Below, piece by piece: positions 44,124 through 57,470 of a DNA stretch of 64,000 bases. The notes beneath the pieces are model-generated. The model saw nothing but the letters and a program-made list of their open reading frames with translations, did no database searches and was not told where the DNA came from. The DNA comes from Prorocentrum cordatum. Lineage: Eukaryota. Both the position numbers and the translations under genes were made by a program. Location: assembly GCA_963575745.1 (NCBI GenBank), contig CAUYUJ010000225.1:434001-498000 (forward strand). The letters are read 5' to 3'. Each line of letters starts with the position of its first letter. The first letter of the stretch is position 1.

Positions 44124-46697
44124 TGAAGTCCAGGGCCACTGTCGCGATTTCTCGCGATGTTATGAACTTTCTCGTGACGTCGGACCTCAGGGAGGGGGGT
44201 CGGCGCGCGTGGGGGGGTGGGCGGGACGAGCTGCCGTCGGGCTGGGTGGCATGGGGAGGTGGCGACATCCGAACCCTACCCCCACCAAGCACCGCTCTTC
44301 CTGAATCGAGGACAAGTGGGGTGAAGGTTCGGATTTCGCCACCTATTCGACGAATCCCGATCCCTGCCCCCGCCGCCCAGCGAGTTATCTGTATCGTTGA
44401 TCGGCGAGGGTACGTTACTTCGCCGCCGACTGACGAGGGAGCGCCCATCACCTGGGGCCTCCGACGCGTGGACTCTTTTCCGACCAGCGGCCCCAGGAGC
44501 TCCCGACCTCCTCCCCCGCGGGCAGCTCTTCGAGCCGGATCAGTGCTTGATGGGCCCGGAAGCGCTCCCGAGAGGCTGAAACTGAGGAAGCAGTCTCCCC
44601 AGAGGCGGCACGCCCAGGGGGGGAGTGACAGAGGGGGCTGGCCTTCTCAGGAGGCGACGGGGCTTCCCGGAAGCCGCCGCGCCCTCTGAGAAGTTGTCTG
44701 CGTCTCTGGGGAAGGCTCAGAACACTCTTCAGAAGGCCAGGAGGCCTTCCGAGCCTTCTGAGAAGGCCTGCCCCCTCTCTCACTCCCCCCCGCGCTTCGC
44801 CGCGGAACCGTGTTTTCAGCCGACGGGCTTTCCATAGGTCTCGGCCCTCGGGGGCCGCTGCCAAACCTCGGGGGCAGAAGCGGATCCGGGCCGAAAAGCT
44901 GCCCTGACTCCGGATCCGCCCTACTTTGGGGAAATTCGTAAGCAGGGCTTGGCATTTCCGCCTTGCTTTTCAAGCCAAAGTAGGGCGGATCTGGAGTCAG
45001 GGCTGGGGGAGCGGCCAGGGCCCCTTGGGACCGCGGATGGAGCAAACCACTTCGGCAGATGTGAGGGCTTCGGGCGTCTGGATACACCGCGTCTCAGGCC
45101 AGGGGAGAACAGTTGGAGGTGAGGGGATTTGGGCACCAACACCAACACAGGGGGGGTCGCCTCCACTGGGGCAAGGCGATCCTGGATTCTGGCGTTGATG
45201 GTGATCTTCAGGCCACCTGGGAAGCCTGAGTATTACACCTTGAGGCCGGGATCATCGGCGAAGAATCGGGCGGCGCTAGGACGAGGATGATTCCGTTCCA
45301 GGGCGTTCTGGAACGCGGCGCCCGAGACATCCTGCAAAGCCGCCAAATCTCGGAGATTCTCGATGTATCTTCGCCCGATGTTATCCGTTATCCTCGTCCC
45401 GGCTTCGTCTTCGAGAGAGAACAGACTACATCTTCGGGCTCTCTCTCCCCAGCCAGACTGTGGTGCCGGACGCACTGCGGCAGTGCCAGCGACGCACTGA
45501 GGGGGGCAGCGTTACGTTATGGGGGGGTAGGGGGGGAGGTTAGGGGCCATAACGCGCGTTATGGCCGACCCACGGCGACCCTTGAGAGGCTCCCCTCGGG
45601 CGAATGGTAACCGGGGGTGAGCCACATTGGGTGCAGAAAAGGGCCCTAAAAGGGCCCTTGCGGGCCCCTCTTGGAGCCAGCTGGCACCCAAAAAGGGCCC
45701 CCAAACGGCGCCTCGAGGACCCCGTTTCTTCACCCCCCAGATGGGCCACTCCCCATTGCCACGCGCCCGAGACCTTTGAGAAGCTGCCTCCCCCGTGCCG
45801 CGGCGACCCGGCCATCCCCGCCCGCGTCGCCATGCGTCGCCCTTCCCGCGGTCTCGCGCGCTGCGGTGGCGCTGCTTCCCCAGGCATCCAGCGTCACGAC
45901 TTTTTCGAAAGACGGGCCCCCGACCGCTCGACCAGCTCCCTAGGACTGGCTGTTCATCCCGAATCGTTTTTGGCAGGTCCCGAGGCCGGGTGAGGACCCC
46001 GAAAGGCCGAACACTTGGAATAGCCTTTGTCTCTATTTCTTCGAGACGCCAGATCTCGAGGTTCCGTCTGAAACTCCACCGGGGCGACGCCAAAAAATCG
46101 CGACGGCCGGCTGTTCGCCTCCCGTCGCCTCCGGAGGCCTGCTCCTGGCCCCACCGGGACCGCCGCGCAGAAAAGAAGAAACAAGAGGAAGACCTGGGGC
46201 CAGGAGGAAGCCCATGGAGACCGACGTGGACCCGATCGGAAGAGAGAAGGCAGGCCTCCGGGGGCCCCTCGGGACCCCCACAAACCTCTGGGGACTGCGG
46301 GGGCCCTCCAGGGGCGCCCACATGACAGACCCCCGGGAAGCCCGCCGCATCGTCGTCGTGGCGAAGGTCGCAATTCGAAGACCGTCAAGGATGACGGAGT
46401 CCCCCTTCGTTCTGCTTGAGCCCCACGCCCAAGCGCGCCTGAGCCCAAATGGCAAGATACGTCGGGCAACAAATATTGGCACACGGGGGGTATCCTCGAT
46501 GAACCCTACTACCTAATTGCGGTGCGATGGCGGTAAAAGAAGGGCACGAGATGGCGGTTATGCCTACTTTACGGGTGGCCTATTTTACGGGAGGCGGTAC
46601 CACAGGACCTTGTATGCAAGGCTCCTGCCACTCCCTGGAATGTTGTGCCGCTCCACATGGGAGTGGGACAGGAGCGCACCGGACATGAGGAAGCGGA

Positions 46698-49010
46698 ATA
46701 ATGCAACCCGAACCGCAACTGTGACCAGGACTGGTCCTGGTCACGGTTCTGATTGTGGTTCATTCGCATTAACAATATTATGATATTAGTGCAACCCGAA
46801 CCGCAACTGTGATCAGGACCAGTTATGGTCATTGATCTGGTTGTGGCTCATTTGCATTAACAATAATAAGATGATACTGATGCAACCCGAACCACAACTG
46901 TGACCAGGACCAGTTCTGGTCACGGTTCTGGTTCACGTAGATTGGCACTCATAATTTCCGAATAATAACGCAACCATAACCACAACTGTGACCAGGACAA
47001 GTTCTGGTCATGGTTCTGGTTGTGGTTCATTTGCGCTAATGATATTAAAACAATATTAATGCAACCCGAGCCGCAACTGTGACCAGGACTCGTCCTGGTC
47101 ACGGTTCTGGTTCTGGTTCATTCGCATTGAAAATCTTATAAAAATATATTAATGCAACCCGAACCGCGACTGTGACCAGGACCAGTTCGGGTCATGGTTC
47201 TGGTTGTGGTTCATTTGCATGGGTAATATTATAATACTATTTAATGCAGCCCGAACCGCGACTGTGACCAGGACTCGTCCTGGTCACCGTTCTGTTTGTG
47301 GCCCATTTGCGTTAATAGTATTATAAAAATATGAATGCAACCCGAAACGCAACTATTACCAGGACTGGTCTTGGTCACGGTTCTGGTTGTGGTGCATTTG
47401 CGTTAATCATATGAAAATAATACTACTGCAACCCGAACCGCAACTGTGACCACGACCAACGCTGGTCACAGTTCTGGTTCGGGTGGGTTTGCATTCATAC
47501 TACTATAATAGTTGTAATGCAACCCGAACCGCAACTGTGACCACGACCAAAGCTGGTCACAGTTCTGGTTCGGGTGGGTTTGTATTGATACTGTGATAAT
47601 AATATTCATGCAACCCGACCCACGACTGTGACCAGGACCAGTTCTGGTCATGGTTCTGGTTCAGGTAGATTGGCACTAATAATATTTAATAATGTTGACG
47701 CAACCAGAGCCACAACTGTGACCAGGACCAGTTCTGGTCATGGTTATGGTTGTGGTTCATTTGCGTTGGTAATACCTAAAAATAAACATGCAACCCGAAC
47801 CGCAACTGTGACCAGGACTCGTCCTGGTCACGGTTCTGGCTGTGGTTCATTCGCGCTAGCAAAATTAAAATATGAATGCAACCAGAACCGCAACTGTGAC
47901 CAGCACCAGTTCTGGTCATGGTTGTGGTTGTGGCTCATTTGCATGAACAATACTATAAAAATATGAATGCAAACCGAGCCGCAACTATGACCAGGACTGG
48001 TTTTGGTCACAGTTCTGGTTGTGGCTCATTTGCGTTACTAATATTTTACTAATATGAACGCAACCCGAACCGCAACTGTGACCGGGACTGGTCTTGGTCA
48101 CTGTTCTGGTTATGGCTCATTTGCGTTAATGATACGTTACTAATACTCATGCAACCCGAACCGCAACTGTGACCAGGACTGGTCCTGGTCACGGTTCTGG
48201 TTGTGGCTCAATTGCGTTAGTAATCTTATAATAATACTCATGCAACCCGAACCGCAACTGTGACCAAGACTGGTCCTGGTCACGGTTCTGATTGTGGCTC
48301 ATTTGCGTTAGCAACATGAGATTAATATGAACGCAACCCGAACCGCAACTGTGACCAGGACTGGTTTTGGTCATGGTTCTGGTTGTGGTTCATTTGCATG
48401 GATAATATGATAAGACTTTTAATGCAACCCGAACAGCAACTGTGACCATAATCAGATCTGGTCACGGTTCTGGTTCACGTAGTTATGACATTCATGATAT
48501 TATACAAATGATAATGAAACAGGAACCGCGACTGTGACCAGGACTTGTCTTGGTCATGGTTCTGGTTCAGGTAGATTGGAATTCATAATATCAAGACGAT
48601 ACTAATGCAACCAGAACCACACCTGTGACCAAGACCAGTTCTGGTCACGGTTCTGGCTGTGGTTCATTCGCATGAATAGCATTAAAAGAATATTAAGCAA
48701 CCCGAACCGCAACTGTGACCAGGACCAGTTATGGCCATGGTTCTGGTTGTGGTTCATTTTGCCTTAATAATATTAAACAGTATTAGTGCAACCCGAGCCG
48801 CAACTGTGACAAGGACTGGTCCTGGTCACAATTCTGGTTCGGGTGGGTTTGCATTAGTGATATTATAATGATATTGATGCAACCCGAACCGCAACTGTGA
48901 CCAGGACCAGTTATGGTCACGGTTCTGGTTGTTGTTCATTCGCATTCATACTATTCGAATAATATTAACGCGACCCGAACCGCGACTGTGACCACGACTG
49001 GTCTTGTTTA
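46698..49010. repeat. ~91-bp-period array (~26 units): ~69-bp imperfect palindrome plus ~20-bp variable AT-rich linker
   Basis: Consensus TGCAACCCGAACCGCAACTGTGACCAGGACYRGTYCTGGTCAYGGTTCTGGTTGTGGTTCATTTGCRTT; degenerate or inverted units continue to ~49300. Confidence 0.95.
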
Positions 49011-49520
49011 TGATTATGGTTTGCTCGCGTTGTTCTGGCTGTATTCGAATACTGCGTCCTGACCAGAAGCAGAACCAAGACCGGGCATTGTCACAGTCAT
49101 GGTTGCGGTGCAATGATACTTTAATGTTAATATTACTGCGCCGCAACCATGACTGGGACTGGTCCAGGTACAGTTCGAGTCGCATTGATTTATAATCATT
49201 GAATAATGCGCATCGTAACTGTGACTCGTTCTGGTCGGAGTCTGGTTCTGGCATTATTCGAATTATCGAATAATGCCAACCTCTACCAGAACCAACACTT
49301 GAACCTTACTGGCCTCGCATCCGCTGGCGCCCCCTCGGCGACTGCTCTGGCTCCGCTGCCAGCGCGCCCCCCGCCGTCCTGCCAGGGCCGGGCGGGGCCC
49401 TGCTGGCGACCCCCATCGGCGGCCCGCCGCCTGCCGGCTGATCTCGCGCGGGGCCCCGCCGCGCACTGCGGCGGCGCCTGCGGGCCGCCAGCCGTCGGCG
49501 AGTCGGCGTCGACGAAGCGG

Positions 49521-50100
49521 CCGGGCCCAGCTCGCGGCAAACCCCCAATCTGTCGGCGGAGTTGCTGGCGGACCTCTGCCCACATTTCCGGGCCGGGGGA
49601 ATCGCATTGCCGGCGATCTGGGATGACCAAACAGCAGGAACTCGAATCCTCCTCTTCCGCGGTGGCCACGGCCACCTTCCGAAGCGGTCGCCCTCTTCGC
49701 GGCGCACCCCTGTCATCGGCTGCCTGGAGGGCCTGCGTCTCCTAGATTCTGGGTGTATCTGATGGCCGCGGTGCCGACGGACTCCCGGTCGCTCGCGGTC
49801 GGGGCCGCCCGGCCGGGACCAGCTCGCGGCAACCCCCAATCTGTCGGCGGAGTTGCTGGCGGACCTCTGCCCACATTTCCGGGCCGGGGGAATCGAATTG
49901 CCGGCGATCTGGGATGACCAAACAGCAGGAACTCGAATCCTCCTCTTCCGCGGTGGCCACGGCCACCTTCCGAAGCGGTCGCCCTCTTCGCGGCGCACCC
50001 CTGTCATCGGCTGCCTGGAGGGCCTGCGTCTCCTAGATTCTGGGTGTATCTGATGGCCGCGGCGCCGACGGACTCCCGGTCGCTCGCGGTCGGGGCCGCC
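49521..50100. repeat. 291-bp direct duplication
   Basis: Near-identical ORFs 49562..49762 and 49853..50053. Confidence 0.9.
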
Positions 50101-53034
50101 TCCAGCGCCGCCGCGACGGCGCTGTCGAGGTATTCGCCGCCCCCGAACGGCGCCCCCCGACGCGCGTGTCCTCCGCGCTCGCTCGAGCAAGCTGTAAGAC
50201 AAAATCCCAGGGGATCTCGGTTCGCTAAGTTAGCCGTTCGCGACTAAGTCTAAGCGCGCCGGACTAAGTTAAGCGGCCGCGGCTAATTTACAGTTCTATG
50301 ATATGAACCCCATGCTATGCGTTGCTACACACTGCTAACATACGTATGTTTACATATAATATACATATGCATACATATACATATACACCTAATACATAAT
50401 ATATATATATATGTATATATATATACGTATATACATATATGTTATGGACATACATTACAATAGCGTGTCTAATACAACATATACTACCGTAATATGTATA
50501 CAATACAAATATGGGCTGGCAAGAGATCCAAGTCATTCTCTTTCGGTCGGGGCAGCCCCTGCGCGAAAGAGGTCGGATGACAATGGGGGCGACGAGGATC
50601 GGCATCGTACGGGCAGCGTGGGCGAACGCTTTTTTGTTGCAATCCTGTAATGCTATAGAAATTTGCGGTCCATGGCAAGGCGGCATCCTGCGATCTGGCG
50701 CAAGGCGGCCGTGCGAGGACAGCGGCCGCGAGGAATGCCCATTTCGAAAACAACCGTTTTGTCTGAAGAGGGGAACGCTCGCGCCACATCTGACCTCATC
50801 TAGCCGCGCGTGTGCGTCTGTGTTTTTCTGTGTTCAATTCAACGCGTTGGCAACTACAGCATGCGTAGCACTGCTGTCGACAGCAGTGCTACGCATTCTT
50901 TTACGAAGCGTTGGGGTGTGACCGCAACCTGGCCTCGGACAGCTCCTCGTCGCCACTGTCCTCGATATCCGCGGGCTCCGACGCACGTCGGGCACCGCGG
51001 GATTAAAAAGTTAACATCAGCACGGCATAGCATAGCTTACGGTTTTTTTTCACCGTCGCGATGCCCGCGCCCAGCGCCATGTCTCGTTGAAAGGGCTCAC
51101 ATCTCCGTTTCGAGATGTACGCCCCAACAAAAATCGGTAGTTCAGGTGTGTGTTTTAGGGCGCGCTGCGCGCGCGCGAAATATTAATCTCGCGCGCGCGC
51201 AGCTCACCCTAAACAAACTACAGTTCGGATGCAAAGGTAGGTTAAGTGAGGGAGTGAGGAAGAATAGTAATCATATTGAGTAGGTGAGGGGTGAGGGGGA
51301 TCCCCGAGAGGGGGACAGGCAGGGTGGCGACGCAGGACGGTCGGCGGATCACGGGAACCGCTTTCTGTAGCGATCTCGGTTCGACGTCGACGCCGATCGC
51401 GGATCGATGACTCGCCGCGCGGCCGCGGTCATGGCGATTTTGGGCGCGCGGCCGCCCCGACGCCGCAGTCGCCCCGACCCTTGGCCAGACCGCGCGGCCG
51501 CGGTCGCGGCGATCGTGGGCGAGCCGCCGCCCCGCCGCCCCCGCGGCGATCCTGGGCGAGCCGCGGTCCCGGACGCCGACCCGACGCCCCCGACGCCCCC
51601 GCCTGGCCCCGTCAGCCCAACATCTCCAGCTAGCCCGACGTCCCCAGCCCGCCCCCTCAGCCCGACGTCCCCAGCCCCATGCCCGACGTCCCCAGCCCAC
51701 CCCCTCAGCCCGACGTCCCCAGCCCCAGTCGACCCCGCAACGAATCCGCCGCCCCCCGACCCGACGCCCCCTCCGATGTCCAGCACGTGGCCCCCCGTGG
51801 ATGGCAGCCCGACCGTCGTCGACAGCCTGTCGGAGCCGACCTTGCCGTCGGGGTCGCCGTCGCCGATGATTCTGGCGACCGAAGACTATCTACTCGAGAT
51901 CACCGTCGACGGACACCGTTGGCATCGCCGACCGTGCTCGGACCGGACACCAGCATCGTCGTCGCCGACCGAGTTGCCCCAGCCGACGGACAGTGACGAG
52001 ATCATGAGCGGTCCAGCCCCCGAGAGTTCGACCGAGAAGCCCGTCGTCGCGGAGGAGGGGGAGGATCTGGCTTACCCCGAGTCGCCGTGAGGGGCCCGCC
52101 GCGGGGATGGAGGAGGAGGAGGAGAAGGAGGAGGAAATGGAGGAGGAGGAGAAGGGAGGAACTCGAGGGAGGGCGGGAGGGAGGAATAGCAGGAGGGAAA
52201 GTGGGCAGCCGCCGCTGGGTCAGCAGACCAAGCTCGGGTCGTCGCGGTCCGACCCTGAACCCAAAACGGCCTGCTCCCCGCGGCAGTCGTCGCTGTCGTC
52301 GCTGTCGTCGTCGTTGTCGTCGTCGTCTTCGTCGTCGTCGTCGTCGTCGTCAGAGTCGTCGTTGTCGTCATCGTCGTCGTCGTAGTCGTCGTCCGAGTCC
52401 GAGTCCGAGTCCGAGTCCGAGTCCGAGTCCGAGTCCGAGTCCGAGTCCGAGTCGCCGTCGTCCTCGTCGTCGTTGTCGTCGTCGTCGTCGTCGTCGTCGT
52501 CTTAGTCGCCGTCGTCCGAGTCGTCCGAGTCGTCCGAGTCGTCGCCGTCTTCTGAGTCCTCCGAGTCGCCGTCGGCACCAGGGGGTAGAAAGTTGGCCCA
52601 GGGACCCGCGCGTCTCGACCAGGATTCCGAGTCGGTCTCCAGCTGTGGCGACGAGGAGTATCCTGGAAACCCTCGTGAACTCGACGGCCCGACGGCCCGA
52701 CGCTCTGACGATCAGCGATGCATCAGCGATGCGTCAGCGATGCGTCAGCGATGCGTCAGCGATGCGTCAGCGATGCGCGGGCGATGCGCGGGCGACACGT
52801 GAGCGAAGCATCGGCAATGCATCGGCGATAGCTCTCGAGGCCCACTCGGCCACGAGAGACTGCGATGACGACGATGCCGACAATTGACGACCGACACAGC
52901 TCACGAATAATATACGTGTGCACCGAGGGCTCGGCGCTGGCTCACGGCGTCGCCGCCTCTGCCTCAGCCCTCATCCTGCCGCCTCTGCCTCGTCCTCATC
53001 CTGCAGCCGCGGCCGCGTCCTCTCTGCCTCGTCC

Positions 53035-53833
53035 TCATCCTGCAGCCGCGGCCGCGTCCTCCTCCTCCTTCTCCTCCTCCTCCTCCTCCTCCTTATCCTC
53101 CTGCTCTGGAGCAGTTGTCGAACTCGGCCCGCATCTGGCTCTCGCCCGATCTGGCCCCGCACTGCCCTGCGCCGTCGATCGGTTATTTCCAGTCTGGCTC
53201 CAGTGCTGCGGGTCGTAGGCGTGATTGGCAATGAGCTGCGTCAACAGCTTATTCTGGTCGAACGGCGCATCCGGATCCATCTCCTCGGGGCGCCGAGTAG
53301 AGCGACCGGAGATGGGGGAAGGGGGGGGGCGACAAGAGAAGGGGGGAGGTGCGCGGATACAGGCCCTCCCCAACAATCGCGCTCCTCTCGTTGCCCACCA
53401 TAGCGCCCTGCAAGAAAGTCGAGCCAACGTTGTGACCCTCTTTCGAAACGTCGTCGAGGTGGAGGGTCGATCTCTTCGAAGTCCCCCTGCTTCTCCCCCT
53501 CCTCGAAGCGAGAGGGGGGCAGGGCGAGGAGAGGGGGAGCTCGGGCGAGGGGGGGGCAATAATGGCAGAGGGGAGGGGGGATGCGGAGGGGAGGGTGGAA
53601 GATAGGAACGCCCCCGTCTCCATCATCTGTTTGAGCTCAGCGCCGAGGGGGAAGTTCTTCTTCACGGTCTCTTCCACCTCGGGGTCGTAGCGGGCGCGGT
53701 CGCTGCGAACCCAGGGGCGATTGTGGTACATGTTGGAGAAGCCTTCCAAGAACATCGAATCCACCTGCGTGCCTGCTGCGCGCTGTATGCGCGCAAGAAC
53801 CTCGCCGTTGGTTTGGGGCCTGGGCGCAGACAT
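53035..53833 (-). CDS. Probable two-exon hypothetical gene
   Basis: Coding-looking blocks MSAPRPQTNG...KQMMETG (53833-53610) and EEMDPDAPFDQNKLLTQLIANHAYDPQHW (~53290-53190) separated by a pyrimidine-rich (minus strand) interval; splice sites not fixed. Confidence 0.4.
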
Positions 53834-54084
53834 AAGTGCGAAAACACACGTGGGAACTCGTCGGAGTACGCTCGAGCCTACGAGGCAACATGCGATGGAT
53901 TGCGATCGGGGGCGTGGATGCATCAGCGGCGCGTCGGCGATGCGCCAGCGATGCGTCAGCGATGCGTCGGCGATGCGTCAGCGATGCGTCAGCGATGTCT
54001 CGGCGATGCCTCGGCGATGCAATGGCGATGCGTCGGCGGCAAAACGAATGCACGCCTCGAGGCCCGCTCGCCCGGAGAGGGGTC

Positions 54085-54143
<59 letters not shown>

Positions 54144-54246
54144 GTGCGGCAGCGATGCCTCGGCGATGCGATGGCGATGCGTCGGCGGCACAACGATAGC
54201 ACGCCTCGAGGCCCGCTCGCCCAGAGAGGGGTCGAGAGGGGGGGGG

Positions 54247-54340
<94 letters not shown>

Positions 54341-54635
54341 AAAAAAGAGAGATAGAGAGAGGGAGAGGAAGGGACAGAGAGAGGGAGGAGGATAAAGGGA
54401 TCGAGGCCGCGAGGGGTAGAGGTGTAAGGGTATGGCGGAGTATGGCTTCCACATCTCGATCGCTCACGGCGCGCCTATGGGATGCCCACCAGCGACGGGG
54501 TGCAGCGGAGCAAGAGCATTAATTGCCTGACGGTGCCTGGGGTGGGCTCATATTGTTGCTCTCGTGCTGCGTGGTCTCAAATCCCTCGAGCTCCCCATGC
54601 CCCTCCCAATCTCGCCCACCCGACCTAGACCCCTA

Positions 54636-54666
<31 letters not shown>

Positions 54667-54750
54667 ACCTCTCTATCTCTCTCTATCTCTCTATATCTAT
54701 GCAGTATTAAATGTTTGTTTGTATTATACGTTCATCGGATGCCGACCCAT

Positions 54751-55907
54751 TCAGGCACCGCCGTTAAACACTTCTTCAAACATATCAGCGAATTTGGAGC
54801 CGAACTGGGGCGGGTACACACCCGTGGCTTTCAGACCAGGCTTCCCCTCATAGTACCCCTTAGGGAGCAGAGCCCACGCTTTCGCGCGGGACTTGGCACT
54901 CGCACTCTTCGGGCGCGAGCGCTTGAGGTGCCGCATAGCCACGGGCAAAGATACAGTTGTGGACAAATGAACGCACTTGGGCCGGGCATCAGGGCTGCGC
55001 GAAAAAGATCCCAACCAAGTGCAAAAACGACTGTGAGAAACCGCACGAGCAAGCGCTTCCATATGAGGATGAGCATCAAGAACGGATGTCACAGGGTTCT
55101 CGAACATGTAAAAAACCCCTCTGCTGAACAAGAGAACTCCGATCCAACTCACGAAGAAAGCCATGCTGTTGCCAGTCCGAACGAATGTTTTCGAATCGTC
55201 CCCGCACCTGTCCTTCGACCTCCCGCTAGTCTCCCTCGAGCGCCAACAGAAGCTCGTGCATTCGATGCCCAGGTGAACTATTCCGCGAGGCATAACGCGC
55301 AGACACAGCAATGTTGCCCAGATCAGCCCAGCAACAGTCGTCAAATTCTCGGTCGGGCAATGCGCCAGGTCGAATGATGCACAAGCGTAGCCCCGACGGG
55401 CGATCGCTTTACCAGGCGCGTCCTTCCCCGCAAAGATGTGGGTGAAATGGAGGTCTCTTTTGTAAATGCCTGGGGGGGGGGGAAGCTACGGGAATCGCCA
55501 CGATCATTCCTACTCATATCCCGCTCATCATCTTGCTCATCCTCGCATTCGCCTCCCCAACCCCCCTCCGCCGCCTCCTCGCTTTCCACCCTGCTTGAAA
55601 CTTGAGTCGCCGATGCACCGGACGCGACGTCTCGCGTCGCCTTGTTGTCGATGGATCGCCGATGCGTCGGTCCACTGACCCCCTGTCGAACCTGCGGTCT
55701 TGGGGGCGGGGTTAATGGCACAACACCTTGCGCTATCAGCGAGTCGGCCGTTCGGAGGGCGAACGACGCGATGTCAGTGATCGGCGGGTTCGGGCATTGC
55801 CGCGAGTACTCCTCAGCCAGCCCAACGACGCGCTGGTCGACAGTTGCCGGCGACGGGGAGATCAGGCCGCCGAGCAACAGCGCGGCGATCACCAGCGAGC
55901 GCGTCAT
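54751..55907 (-). CDS. C5 cytosine DNA methyltransferase-like protein, two exons (55727-55907, 54751-55469), ~299 aa
   Basis: Hand translation upstream of ORF 54751..55344 gives DLHFTHIFAGKDAPGKAIARRGYACASFD (motif I/II), then VHLGIECTSF (IV), YMFENPVTS (VI) and ATGVYPPQFG. The phase-1 GT-AG intron at 55470-55726 keeps the frame. Confidence 0.75.
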
Positions 55908-57432
55908 GGCTGGAACCAGCCGCTCGACCAGAGGCCAAAACTAACGCATGCACTGCACCCAGAGCAAAATATTTGCAATCGTCGCATTCTCGGCCTAGAT
56001 GCGCCCTCCCCCAAATACTTCTGGAGATCGATTCTGTCCCAAAGCCCCTGGTCAAAATCGCCGAACGACGATTGCTCGGCAATTCGGGACAACATCGCGT
56101 TGAGGGATTCATCTCTCCAGGTAGCGTAGGTGCGCGGGTGCCCCATGTCGTAAATCCTGGCATCGGACGGGTCGTCAAACCGAAAGGTTCGATCGACATG
56201 TCGGATGCTGCCCTACGGCGTCTCCCCGGACGCCCTCCTAACTCGCCCCCAGACGATGGGTGGGGAAGGGCAGTCGGATGGGGGGGCACTGATCCCGAGA
56301 GCGCGGGGCGCGCGTGGGGGCGGGGGCGGCGCGGGGCGGGGGTGGGTGGTGGTGGTGGGGGGGGGGGGGGAGGAGGAGAAGGAGGAGAGTAGGAGAAGGA
56401 GGGGGAGTAGGAGGAGAGCAGAAGAAAGAGGAGGAAAGTAGGAGGAGGAGGAGGAGGAGAAGGAGGAGGAGGAGGAGGAAAAGGAGGAGAAGGAGGAGTA
56501 GGAGGAAGAGAGTAGGAGGAGGAGAAGGAGGAGGGGGAGGAGGAGGAGGAGGAGGAGGAGGAGGAGGAGGAGGAGAGTAGGAGGAGGAGAGTAGGAGGAG
56601 GAGGAGGAGGAGTAGGAGGAGGAGAGTAGGAGGAGAAGGAGGAGAGTAGGAGGAGAAGGGAGAGAGTAGGAGGAGGAGGGCCAGGGAAGTCACGAGAGGG
56701 CCCTGAGGGGCTGAGCGGTGCTGCGGCGGGCGGGCACGCCCGAGGGGAGGTACCGACGCCGCCCCCCTGGACGTGGTCGCAGGCCTCATCGAGGCCAGCT
56801 CGCCGCTGTTTGCGCCTGCCCCCCAGCCGCCCTCTCCTCCTCTATCTCATCCCCCCCGCAGCCCTCTCCTCGCCCATCCCCCTCCATCCTCGCACTCACC
56901 ATCCACCCACCCACCCTCGAACCTCACCATCTCCCCCTCCCGCGCTTTCCATTCCCATTTCATCTCGTCTAAAGTTGTGTCCCCACCCTGGTTGTATCCC
57001 GCGGCAGTGGCTCCTCTCCGTCATGTGCCAAAACAAATGGTGTTTGGGCTTTTTCTTGACCGAAGCGATGTCCAAACTAGTGAGATGCCTGAGGGCAAAC
57101 CGCTCGAGCTGGTCGCACGAGGCTCGGGAGAGAGTGTCGGGCTGGCCATCCAAGAATTCGTTCCAATCGTGTAGATGCTTCGCGCACGTGAGTAATCCAG
57201 CCCCCTTTTCAATGCTGCCCGCCTCCTGGGGTAGGAAACGCTGCGCGAAAAACTTGAACAACCATACTGTCTCGTGCGCTTTCGTTTTGACGAGCGGCTT
57301 ACTTTTAGCCCCGAACATCTGATGTTGGAGATGGCCAACCTCACTCGGGTGGTGTCCGAGTCGCCGCTGCTCAGCGTACCGCCTCACAAGCTTCGCCGAG
57401 ATCCACCCAGCGGCCTGCGGCACAAGCAAACG

Positions 57433-57470
<38 letters not shown>

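Noticed and set aside
45233..45475. Coding-looking ORF (DNIGRRYIENLRDLAALQ...) as a further helicase exon
   Set aside because: No recognisable DEAH motif and no consistent splice phase established.
46698..49010. True CRISPR array
   Set aside because: Repeats are ~69 bp and variable, linkers are ~20 nt, AT-only and mutually similar, there are no cas genes, and the context is eukaryotic. Kept as a structured satellite.
51407..52090. Pro-rich 227-aa ORF
   Set aside because: Largely built from short CCCGACGTCCCCAGCCC repeats; no supporting motif or splice evidence.
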